64,000 bases of DNA from Eledone cirrhosa (Eukaryota), in the NCBI GenBank assembly GCA_964016885.1, contig OZ024757.1:30876001-30940000 (forward strand). Direction: 5' to 3'. The translations under genes were made by a program, and so were the position numbers. The notes below the pieces were generated by a model, which was given only the letters and a program-made list of their open reading frames with translations, was not told where the DNA came from and ran no database searches. This document shows positions 53,323-64,000 of the stretch, one piece after another (within the stretch, counting starts at the first letter, position 1; each line of letters begins with the position of its first letter).

Positions 53323-54890
53323 GTGGTGGTGTTGGTGGTGGTGGTGTTGGTGGTAGTGGTGTTGGTAGTGGTGTTGGTAGTGGTGGTGTTGGTAGTGGTG
53401 GTGTTGGTAGTGGTGGTGTTGGTAGTGGTGGTGTTGGTGGTGTTGGTGGTGTTGGTGGTGGTGGTAGTGGTGGTGGTGGTAGTGGTGGTGTTGGTTGTGT
53501 TGGTAGTGGTGGTGTTGGTAGTGGTAGTGTTGGTGGTAGTGGTGGTGTTGGTAGTGGTGGTGTTGGTGGTGTTGGTAGTGGTGGTGTTGGTGGTGGTGGT
53601 GTTGGTGGTGGTGTTGGTGGTGTTGGTAGTGGTGGTGTTGGTAGTGGTGTTGGTGGTGTTGGTAGTGGTGGTGTTGGTAGTGGTGGTGTTGGTAGTGTTG
53701 GTAGTGGTGGTGTTGGTAGTGGTAGTGTTGGTGGTAGTGGTGGTGTTGGTAGTGGTGGTGTTGGTGGTGTTGGTAGTGGTGGTGTTGGTGGTGTTGGTAG
53801 TGGTGGTGTTGGTGGTAGTGGTGGTGTTGGTAGTGGTAGTGTTGGTGGTAGTGGTGGTGTTGGTAGTGGTGGTGTTGGTGGTAGTGGTGGTGTTGGTAGT
53901 GGTGGTGTTGGTGGTGTTGGTAGTGGTGGTGTTGGTGGTGTTGGTAGTGGTGGTGTTGGTAGTGGTGGTGTTGGTGGTAGTGGTGGTGTTGGTGTTGGTA
54001 GTGGTGGTGTTGGTAGTGGTGGTGTTGGTAGTGGTGGTGTTGGTAGTGGTGGTGTTGGTGGTGGTGGTGTTGGTGTTGGTGGTGTTGGTGGTGTTGGTGG
54101 TGTTGGTAGTGGTGGTGGTGGTGGTAGTGGTGGTGTTGGTAGTGGTGGTGTTGGTAGTGGTGGTGTTGGTGGTGTTGGTAGTGGTGGTGTTGGTGGTGGT
54201 AGTGTTGGTAGTGGTGGTGTTGGTAGTGGTGGTGTTGGTAGTGGTGGTGTTGGTAGTGGTGGTCGTGTTGGTGGTGTTGGTAGTGGTGGTGTTGGTGGTA
54301 GTGGTGGTGTTGGTAGTGGTGGTGTTGGTAGTGGTGGTGTTGGTGGTGTTGGTAGTGGTGGTGTTGGTGGTAGTGGTGGTGGTGGTAGTGGTGGTGTTGG
54401 TAGTGGTGGTGTTGGTAGTGGTGGTGGTGGTGGTAGTGGTGGTGTTAGTAGTGGTGGTGGTGGTAGTGTTGGTGTTGGTAGTGGTGGTGTTGGTGGTGGT
54501 GGTAGTGTTGGTGTTGGTAGTGGTGGTGGTGGTAGTGTTGGTGTTGGTAGTGGTGGTGTTGGTGGTGGTGGTGGTGGTGGTGTTGGTAGTGGTGGTGTTG
54601 GTGTTAGTGGTGGTTGTAGTGGTGGTGGTGTGGTGTTGTTGTGTTGTTGTGGTGGTGATAATTGGTGGTGTTAGTATTGTTGGTGGTGGTGGTGTTGGTG
54701 GTGTTAGTATTGTTGGTGGTGGTGGTGTTGGTGTTAGTATTGTTGGTGGTGGTGGTGTTGGTGGTGTTAGTATTGTTGGTGGTGGTGGTGTTGGTGGTGT
54801 TAGTATTGTTGGTGGTGGTGGTGTTGGTGTTAGTATTGTTGGTGGTGGTGTTGGTGGTGTTAGTATTGTTGGTGGTGGTGGTGTTGGTGG
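53323..54890. repeat. Degenerate (GGT/AGT/GTT)n trinucleotide tract
   Basis: Pure triplet periodicity; it gives poly-Gly/Ser/Val and poly-Val/Leu ORFs. Confidence 0.92.
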
Positions 54891-56745
54891 TGTTGGTAGT
54901 GTTGATGGTGTTGGTATTTTGGTGCTGATGGTATGGTTGCTGTTAGTGTTGATTACAATGGTGGTGTTGGTAGTGTTGATGGTGTTGGTATTTTGGTGCT
55001 GATGGTATGGTTGCTGTTAGTGTTGATTACAATGGTAGTGTTGGTAGTGTTGATGGTGTTGGTATTTTGGTGCTGATGGTATGGTTGCTGTTAGTGTTGA
55101 TTACAATGGTGGTGTTGGTAGTGTTGATGGTGTTGGTATTTTGGTGCTGATGGTATGGTTGCTGTTAGTGTTGATTACAATGGTGTTGTTGGTAGTGTTG
55201 ATGGTGTTGGTATTTTGGTGCTGATGGTATGGATGCTGTTAGTGTTGATTACAATGGTGTTGTTGGTAGTGTTGATGGTGTTGGTATTTTGGTGCTGATG
55301 GTATGGTTGCTGTTAGTGTTGATTACAATGGTGGTGTTGGTAGTGTTGATGGTGTTGGTATTTTGGTGCTGATGGTATGGATGCTGTTAGTGTTGATTAC
55401 AATGGTGTTGTTGGTAGTGTTGATGGTGTTGGTATTTTGGTGCTGATGGTATGGTTGCTGTTAGTGTTGATTACAATGGTGGTGTTGGTAGTGTTGATGG
55501 TGTTGGTATTTTGGTGCTGATGGTATGGATGATGTTAGTGTTGATTACAATGGTGGTGTTGGTAGTGTTGATGGTGTTGGTATTTTGGTGCTGATGGTAT
55601 GGTTGCTGTTAGTGTTGATTACAATGGTGGTGTTGGTAGTGTTGATGGTGTTGGTATTTTGGTGCTGATGGTATGGATGCTGTTAGTGTTGATTACAATG
55701 GTGTTGTTGGTAGTGTTGATGGTGTTGGTATTTTGGTGCTGATGGTATGGATGCTGTTAGTGTTGATTACAATGGTGTTGTTGGTAGTGTTGATGGTGTT
55801 GGTATTTTGGTGCTGATGGTATGGATGCTGTTAGTGTTGATTACAATGGTGGTGTTGGTAGTGTTGATGGTGTTGGTATTTTGGTGCTGATGGTATGGAT
55901 GCTGTTAGTGTTGATTACAATGGTAGTGTTGGTAGTGTTGATGGTGTTGGTATTTTGGTGCTGATGGTATGGATGGTGTTAGTGTTGATTACAATGGTGT
56001 TGTTGGTAGTGTTGATGGTGTTGGTATTTTGGTGCTGATGGTATGGATGGTGTTAGTGTTGATTACAATGGTGGTGTCGGTAGTGTTGATGGTGTTGGTA
56101 TTTTGGTGCTGATGGTATGGTTGCTGTTAGTGTTGATTACAATGGTGGTGTTGGTAGTGTTGATGGTGTTGGTATTTTGGTGCTGATGGTATGGATGCTG
56201 TTAGTGTTGATTACAATGGTGGTGTTGGTAGTGTTGATGGTGTTGGTATTTTGGTGCTGATGGTATGGATGCTGTTAGTGTTGATTACAATGGTGGTGTT
56301 GGTAGTGTTGATGGTGTTGGTATTTTGGTGCTGATGGTATGGATGCTGTTAGTGTTGATTACAATGGTAGTGTTGGTAGTGTTGATGGTGTTGGTATTTT
56401 GGTGCTGATGGTATGGATGGTGTTAGTGTTGATTACAATGGTGGTGTTGGTAGTGTTGATGGTGTTGGTATTTTGGTGCTGATGGTATGGATGGTGTGTG
56501 TTAGTGTTGATTTCAATGGTGTTGTTGGTAGTGTTGATGGTGTTGGTATTTTGGTGCTGATGGTATGGATGGTGTTAGTGTTGATTACAATGGTGGTGTT
56601 GGTAGTGTTGATGGTGTTGGTATTTTGGTGCTGATGGTATGGATGGTGTTAGTGTTGATTACAATGGTGGTGTTGGTAGTGTTGATGGTGTTGGTATTTT
56701 CGTGCTGATGGTATGGATGCTGTTAGTGTTGATTACAATAGTGGT
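54890..56745. repeat. 74-bp tandem array, ~25 copies
   Basis: GATTACAATGG at 54951, 55025, 55099 and onward (period 74), with few variant positions. Confidence 0.95.
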
Positions 56746-57042
56746 GTTGTTGTTGGTGCTGGTGGTGTTGGCATAGGTGGTAGTGGTGGTGGTGGCAGTG
56801 ACTGTATTCGCAGTAGTGATGGTGTCAGTGGCAGCATTGATGGTGGTGGTGGGGGAGATTGTCATGAGATGGTGAGTGTGGGGTGGAGTGGAGTGGGGGA
56901 TGAGAGAAAGGTGGTGGAGGTAGGTTTAATATAATTTATTCACTTTAATTGATTAAATCACAACAGCTCTTCATGGAGAAATTTGAACAAACAGGTGTAT
57001 GTATATGTGTATACACACATATACATACATACATACATACAT

Positions 57043-57109
<67 letters not shown>

Positions 57110-57164
57110 TATATATACATACAACTTTGTCATCCTTGCTTAACATCTGTTTTTACTCCTAGCA

Positions 57165-57196
<32 letters not shown>

Positions 57197-57313
57197 ATGT
57201 ATGTATATGTATATATATGTATGTATATATATATATGTGTATATATATGGATATATATGGATATATATGTATGTATATATATGTATGTCTATGTATATTT
57301 ATGTATATATATG

Positions 57314-57346
<33 letters not shown>

Positions 57347-57499
57347 TTGTGTGTGCATGTAATACATATATACACACACTCGTACATACCTCATTTCTCA
57401 CACTTATGCACAGACACATGCATACATGCATATACAGACACATACCCACAAGCACATATACAGACGTAGACACCTACATATATACACCCACTAATATAT

Positions 57500-57870
57500 A
57501 CATACATAAACCTACACATGTATACACACATATACACACGCTAACCTAATACACACGCTAACATATACACACGCTAACATATACACACGCTAACATATAC
57601 ATACATAAACCTACACATGTATACACACATATACACACGCTAACATATACACACGCTAACATATACATACATAAACCTACACATGTATACACACATATAC
57701 ACACGCTAACATATACACACGCTAACATATACACACGCTAACATATACATACATAAACCTACACATGTATACACACATATACACACGCTAACCTAATACA
57801 CACGCTAACCTAATACACACGCTAACATATACACACGCTAACACATACATACATAATCCTACACATGTAT
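57500..57870. repeat. ACACACGCTAACATAT-based higher-order minisatellite
   Basis: 16-bp units interleaved with ACATAAACCTACACATGTAT blocks. Confidence 0.85.
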
Positions 57871-57929
57871 TACAGAAACATAAACATTGCCACTTTGTGG
57901 AAGACTGTCTTTTAATTGAAATTCACTTT

Positions 57930-58605
57930 TGATGTTGTTGTTGTGGTTGTTGTGGTTGTTAGAGGTGGTGTTGTGGTTGGTGTTGTTTTTGGAGGTGTTG
58001 TTGTGGTTGGTGCTGTTGTTGGAGGTGTTGTGGTTGTTGTTGGTTGTTGTGGTTGTTAGAGGTGGTGTTGTGGTTGGTGTTGTTGTTGGAGGTGTTGTTG
58101 GTTGTTGGAGGTGTTGTGGTTGTTGTTGGTTGTTGTTGGAGTTGTTGTGGTTGGAGGTGTTGTGGTTGTTGGAGGTGTTGTGGTTGTTGTTGGTTGTTGT
58201 GGTTGTTGTGGTTGTTGGAGTTGTTGTGGTTGGAGGTGTTGTGGTTGTTGGTGTTGTGGTTGTTGGACGTGTTGTTGGTTGTTGGAGGTGTTGTTGTGGT
58301 TGTTGTTGGTGTTGTGGTTGTTGGACGTGTTGTTGGTTGTTGGAGGTGTTGTTGGTTGTTGTGGTTGTTGTTGGTTGTTGTGGTTGTTGTTGGTTGTTGT
58401 GGTTGTTGTTGGTTGTTGTGGTTGTTGGAGTTGTTGTGGTTGGAGGTGTTGTTGTGGTTGTTGGAGTTGTGGTTGTTGTGGTGGTGTTGTGTTTTTGTGG
58501 TTGTTGTGGTTGTTGTGGTTGGTGTTGATGTTGGTATTGTTGTGGTTGTTGTTGCTGTTGGTATTGTTGTGGTTGTTGTTGTTGTTGGTGTTGTGGTTGT
58601 TATTG
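57930..58605. repeat. (GTT/GGT)-rich low-complexity tract
   Basis: G/T-only repeats of GTTGTTGTG/GGAGGT. Confidence 0.9.
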
Positions 58606-59430
58606 TTCATCATCCCTTTAAAGTCATCTGTACTACAATCATTATCACAATCACCATCAACATCATCACAGACACACACATATATGTACTTGCTATACAT
58701 ATACATACAAACACACACACACACAGCTACACAAACACTCTGACACATACATACATAGAGACAAGCAGACACACATATATGTACTTGCTATACATAAACG
58801 CACACATATCAACACAGAGACACACACACACAGACACACTCTGACACACACACACATAGAGACACACAGACATGTACTTGCTATACATAATAAACACACA
58901 CATATCAACACACAGACACACTTAGACACACACATACACACACACACATCAACACACACACATAGGCATACATAGACACACACACACATATCAACACACA
59001 CACACACACACATACATAGATACACAGACACTCTCACACATACACATGCACACACAGCAACACACAGGCATCCACATCCATACACATACACCCTGCTCCA
59101 TACACATACACACATATCGACATGCACATCCCCCCCACACACATACCCCGCTCCACATACCCCCCTCCACATACATCACCATCGCCCCTCACCTCCCACC
59201 ACCACCACATACCCCCCTCCACTACATACATCATTTGATTGTACCTTTTTACTGAATTATATTATGCTTCCTTAGACTTATTTAATCAAATATATTTGAT
59301 TAACTTGGTTTTTTAAAAATATATTTTGTTATTTATTTTGTGGTTAGTCTAATTTATTTACATGTTTACTCATTCACTTTCATATATATACATATATACA
59401 CACTCACTTATATATATATACTGTATATAT

Positions 59431-59485
<55 letters not shown>

Positions 59486-59551
59486 TATATGTATATATAT
59501 ATATATACACACACATATATATATATATGTATACATATAGGCACACACACT

Positions 59552-59587
<36 letters not shown>

Positions 59588-59591
59588 TATA

Positions 59592-59674
<83 letters not shown>

Positions 59675-59768
59675 ATATATATATACACACACATATATAT
59701 GTGTATGTCTATATATATACACACACATATATGTGTATGTCTATATATATACACACACATGTGTCTGT

Positions 59769-60908
59769 AGGGCTATACAAGCCATGTATAAAGAAACAGT
59801 CAGCAAGGTTAGAATTAACAACGAATATAGTGAAGAGTTTAGCGTAAAAGTTGGTGTCCATCAGGGCTCTGTTCTCAGCCCACTACTATTTATTATTGCC
59901 CTTCAGGCTATAACAGAGGAGTTCAAGACAGGCTGCCCATGGGAACTCCTATACGCAGACGACCTGACACTCATAGCGGAATCAATGGCCGAGCTAGAGA
60001 AGAAATTCCAAACATGGAAGCACGGCCTAGAGTCAAAAGGACTTAAAATTAACCTGGCTAAGACCAAAGTACTAGTTTGTAGGAAAGAAAACAAGGCGGC
60101 GGTCCCTTCTGGGAAATGGTCGTGCTCGGTGTGTAGGAAAGGCGTAGGTAGAAACTCCATTTTATGTCCTAAATGCAAAGTATGGGTGCATAAAAGATGT
60201 AGTGGGATCACAGGTAAGCTAACTAAGAACATAGATTTTACATGTGGCCGGTGCTCTGGTGCAATAAGTAGCAGCAAGTGCCCACAAAATACTAGCTCTT
60301 TCAATTGCGCAGAGGGTTCTATAGAAATAGTGGACAGCTTCCGTTACCTGGGCGATAAAATCAGCAGTGGGGGAGGGTGCTCTGAAAGTACTGTAGCTAG
60401 AGTCAGAACTGGTTGGAAAAAGTTCAGAGAGCTTATACCACTATTAGCTGCTAAAGGGTTCTCACTAAAAATGAAAGGCAGGTTGTACGATGCCTGCATA
60501 CGAACAGCAATGCTGCATGGCAGTGAGACCTGGGCATTGTGTGCAGAGGATATACGCAGACTAGAGAGGAACGAAGCTTGCATGCTCCGCTGGATGTGTA
60601 ACAGTAATATACGTGAACGGCAAAGCATAAACGAACTAAGGAAAAAATTAGAGATAAGAGGGATCAGATGTTGTTTACTCGAGAGAAGGCTACGTTGGTA
60701 TGGACACGTGATGCGCATGAAAGTCGATAGCTGTATAACAAAGTGCAGGGCAATAAAGATAGACGGTAGTCACGGAATAGGCAGACCTAGAAAAACCTGG
60801 GACGAGCTGATAAACTCCGACATCACACACTTACACCTCTCCAAGACAATGTCACTGGACCGAGACCTTTGGCGGTACTCAGTAACAGAGAAGACCCGCC
60901 TTACCTAA
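59769..60908 (+). CDS. 5'-truncated RTE-clade LINE reverse transcriptase ORF (RT motifs, Cys/His finger, C-terminal domain), uninterrupted
   Basis: [13 protein letters not shown] and LLYADDL RT motifs; CSVC…CPKC…HKRC…CGRC PHD-like finger; FRYLG; [10 protein letters not shown]; GRPRKTW. The upstream part of ORF 59595 is microsatellite. Confidence 0.92.
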   Translation, partial: RAIQAMYKETVSKVRINNEYSEEFSVKVGVHQGSVLSPLLFIIALQAITEEFKTGCPWELLYADDLTLIAESMAELEKKFQTWKHGLESKGLKINLAKTKVLVCRKENKAAVPSGKWSCSVCRKGVGRNSILCPKCKVWVHKRCSGITGKLTKNIDFTCGRCSGAISSSKCPQNTSSFNCAEGSIEIVDSFRYLGDKISSGGGCSESTVARVRTGWKKFRELIPLLAAKGFSLKMKGRLYDACIRTAMLHGSETWALCAEDIRRLERNEACMLRWMCNSNIRERQSINELRKKLEIRGIRCCLLERRLRWYGHVMRMKVDSCITKCRAIKIDGSHGIGRPRKTWDELINSDITHLHLSKTMSLDRDLWRYSVTEKTRLT

Positions 60909-61297
60909 ATACATAGTAAAACCTACTCCAGCCAGTAGGCATCTCTAACAAAATACACCCCGTCCCACCACCCCCACCCCCACCCCATCCACACCACCCC
61001 GTTCTATGTAAAGTTATGTTGGTGCCGCGCCATCGAGGCCGAAACAAATGAGATCGTGTAGGTGTCACGACAAAAAAACACACAGTCCACGCTGTAATGT
61101 GGCAACACGGTAAAAACCTCCCAGACCCACACTGTAAATGTGGTTGGTGTTAGGAAGGGCATCCAACTGTAGAAAACCTGCCAGACAGTCCTATGCGAGC
61201 AAGACAATCACTCTTGCCTCAAGTGGGACTACCCCCATCCAAACCCATGCAAGCGTGGAACACGGACGTTAAACGTTGATGATGATGATGATGATGA

Positions 61298-61300
<3 letters not shown>
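59769..61300 (+). mobile_element. RTE-clade LINE, 5'-truncated, with ~370-bp 3' UTR and (GAT)n tail
   Basis: ORF as above. The UTR matches 35990-36490 and ends AACCCATGCAAGCGTGGAACACGGACGTTAAACG(TT)GATGATGAT. Confidence 0.92.
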
Positions 61301-61368
<68 letters not shown>

Positions 61369-61475
61369 TATATATGTATATATATATAGAGAGATGTGTG
61401 TCTATATATATATATATACGCACACACACGTGTGTGTCTGTATACTCTTTTACCTGTTTCAGCCATCCAGCAGTT

Positions 61476-61506
<31 letters not shown>

Positions 61507-61941
61507 ATGTTTGTCTGTATGTGTGTATATGTGTCTGTGCGTATGCGTGTCTGTGTGTGTGTGTATGTATGTGTGTCTGTGTCTCTGTATGTATACGTAT
61601 GGCATGTCTCTGGTGTTAAGACTGGGAAGACCACAAATCAGAATAGCAATCTATGCATGGTGAGATGCAGAGTTGGTATGTTAACATATATACACATATG
61701 TATGTGTGTATATATATATATATATGTATTATATATATGTATATATATATTATATATATGTATTATATATATATGTATATATTTATATGTATATATATAT
61801 ATATATGTATATATTTATATGTATATATATATATATATATATGTATATATTTATATGTATATATATATATATATATATGTCCCAAGGCTCTAATACCATC
61901 AACACTATAAACACAGAGCTGGCATATCTAAGAACCGACTA

Positions 61942-61997
61942 ACTGCCTGATGAGGTCATAGCCATTCAATGGCTATCATCGAAATATATATAGTAGT
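61942..61997 (+). ncRNA. Minimal type I hammerhead (family of 24899-24951)
   Basis: ACUGC-CUGAUGA-GGUCAUAGCCA[UUCAA]UGGCUAUCAUC-GAAA-UAUAUA-UA^GUAGU, followed by AAUAAA. It sits in a ~160-bp insert in (TA)n. Confidence 0.8.
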
Positions 61998-62042
61998 AAA
62001 TAAATGATTATGAGTTCATGCAATTGAGTTATGTTTCGTCAC

Positions 62043-62149
<107 letters not shown>

Positions 62150-62200
62150 GTATATATATGTATATATATATGTATATATATATGTATATATATGTATATA

Positions 62201-62285
<85 letters not shown>

Positions 62286-62295
62286 GTATATATAC

Positions 62296-62327
<32 letters not shown>

Positions 62328-62615
62328 GTATATATGTATATATGTATATATATATGTATATATGTATATATATATATATGTATATATATATGTATATATA
62401 TGTATATATATATGTATATATATATGTATATATATATGTATATATATATATATGTATATATACGCGTCTAACCCATGCTAGCATGGAAAATGGACGTTAA
62501 ACGAAGATGATGATGATATATATCGAATGAAGCAATGAAGTAAAGAACTCACGTTAATCCCAGTAATTTAATGAGTTCAAGGAAATATACATACATATAT
62601 ATATATATACACATT

Positions 62616-62655
<40 letters not shown>

Positions 62656-63062
62656 TACACACCCACCCACACACATATATATATATATATAATGTGTGTG
62701 TATGTTATATATATATATACATATATATAATGTGTGTGTATGCTTATATATATAATGTATTATTGCATAGGTGTGTGTCTTTTCATGTGACAAGGGAGTG
62801 TTCCAATTTCTCCCCCCTACTTTCCCTCAATCCCGAAATTACAGTAATAACATAAATGGATAACAATAAATTATGGAACTATCTTCTTCCAAAATCCTTT
62901 GGAAATCCTTTCCATCCACTGGATTCCTCGTGGAGCCATTCCACAATTTATTACCTAGCAATTCCATAATCCTTCACTAATATGTTTTTTTGAGATGAGG
63001 GTATTATTATGTATTGTATTTAATTGTATAACTATGTGGTTCTTTAGACTGTGGTTCCTTAA

Positions 63063-63286
63063 CCCTTTAGCATTTTAACTGGCCGAATCTGGCCAGAATT
63101 CTCTCATCTTTTTTTTTCAAACCAGCTGTAACCAGCTGTTCATACTAATATTAAGGTATAGTTCTCAAAATAAATACTATCAAAATCTCATAGATTCGAT
63201 ATTAAGTTATTGAGATGATTATGTAAAATAAAGCCTTTACCATGAAAATACAATAGTAAATATAGAGTAATGTAAAGGCTAAAGGG
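63063..63286 (-). mobile_element. piggyBac-type MITE, complete
   Basis: TTAA|CCCTTTAGC … GCTAAAGGG|TTAA. The interior is the reverse complement of the 11395 copy. Confidence 0.85.
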
Positions 63287-63299
63287 TTAAGGTTTAGTA

Positions 63300-63750
63300 A
63301 TGCACCTCTCTGAGATCTGTGCCCTAAGTGACTGATTAGTTGGCCTTACCAGTAGCACTTCTCTGAGGTCTGTGCCCTAAGGGGCTGCCTAGTTAGCCTT
63401 GATTGTTACCACTCTCTGAGGTCTGTGCCCTAAGGGGCTGCCTAGTTGGCCTTACGAGTAGCACTTCTCTGAGGTCTGTGCCTTATGGGGCTGCCTAGTT
63501 AGCCTTAATTGTTGCCCCTCTCTGAGGTCTGTGCCCTAAGGGGCTGCCTAGTTGGCCTTACGAGTAGCACTCCTCTGAGGTCTGTGCCTTATGGGGCTGC
63601 CTAGTTAGCCTTAATTGTTGCCCCTCTCTGAGGTATGCCCTAAGGGGCTACCTAGTTAGCCTTAATTGTTGCCCCTCTCTGAGGTCTGTGCCCTATGTGG
63701 CTGCCTAGTTAGCCTTAATTGTTGCCCTTCTCTGAGGTCTGTGCCCTAGG
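63300..63750. repeat. 53-bp minisatellite, ~8.5 copies, two alternating variants
   Basis: CTCTGAGGTCTGTGCC at 63361, 63414, 63467 and 63520. Confidence 0.9.
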
Positions 63751-63855
63751 TAGCACTACTTTAAGCAATTTGAAGGGAAGTAAAAGCCAGTTAAATTCTT
63801 CTCCTCCCCCCCAGTACTTGACTGTTATGTTATTTTATTGATCCTGGGTATTTAA

Positions 63856-64000
63856 CCCTTTAGCATTTACATTACTCTATATATACTATTATATTTTCAT
63901 GGAAAAGGCTTTATCTCACATAATATCTCATATAATATCGAATCCATGAGATTTTGATATTATTTATTTTGAGACCAATACCTTAACATCAGTATGAGTG
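63856..64000 (+). mobile_element. piggyBac-type MITE, cut by the window edge
   Basis: TTAA|CCCTTTAGCATTTACATTACTC…; same family as 3049. Confidence 0.75.

Noticed and set aside
53184-55002. 496-aa Gly-rich and 559-aa Val-rich ORFs resembling structural proteins
   Set aside because: They are by-products of a (GGT)n tract open in several frames, with no signal peptide or splice support.

Overview
Repeat-dominated eukaryotic DNA: AT-rich, about half (TA)n/(CA)n/(GAT)n/(GGT)n microsatellite. The SINE/LINE content resembles an octopus/cephalopod genome (inference). Almost all ORFs in the supplied track are microsatellite artefacts. The only host-gene piece I can support is one 159-bp minus-strand exon (19517-19675) encoding the EF-hand region of a rhomboid-like (RHBDL1/3-type) protease, so most of the window is probably intronic. 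The rest is RTE-clade LINE pieces (one with an open RT-containing ORF), L1/Tx1-like fragments, two tRNA-derived SINE families, piggyBac-type TTAA MITEs and minisatellites. The main result is a dense population of type I hammerhead ribozyme (HHR) elements inserted in (TA)n tracts. The largest is a 3.86-kb array of a near-identical 310-bp structured unit carrying 13 HHRs and folded back on itself (6165-10025). At least four smaller insertions show the same fold-back architecture. One (24135-24787) reads through from its own 3' end into its 5' start, implying a ~542-nt circular or tandem template. Several further solo HHRs belong to distinct sequence families. Together this looks like a multi-family retrozyme / Penelope-mobilised circular-RNA system. 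All folds were derived by eye; ribozyme activity and circular RNA are inferred, not demonstrated.
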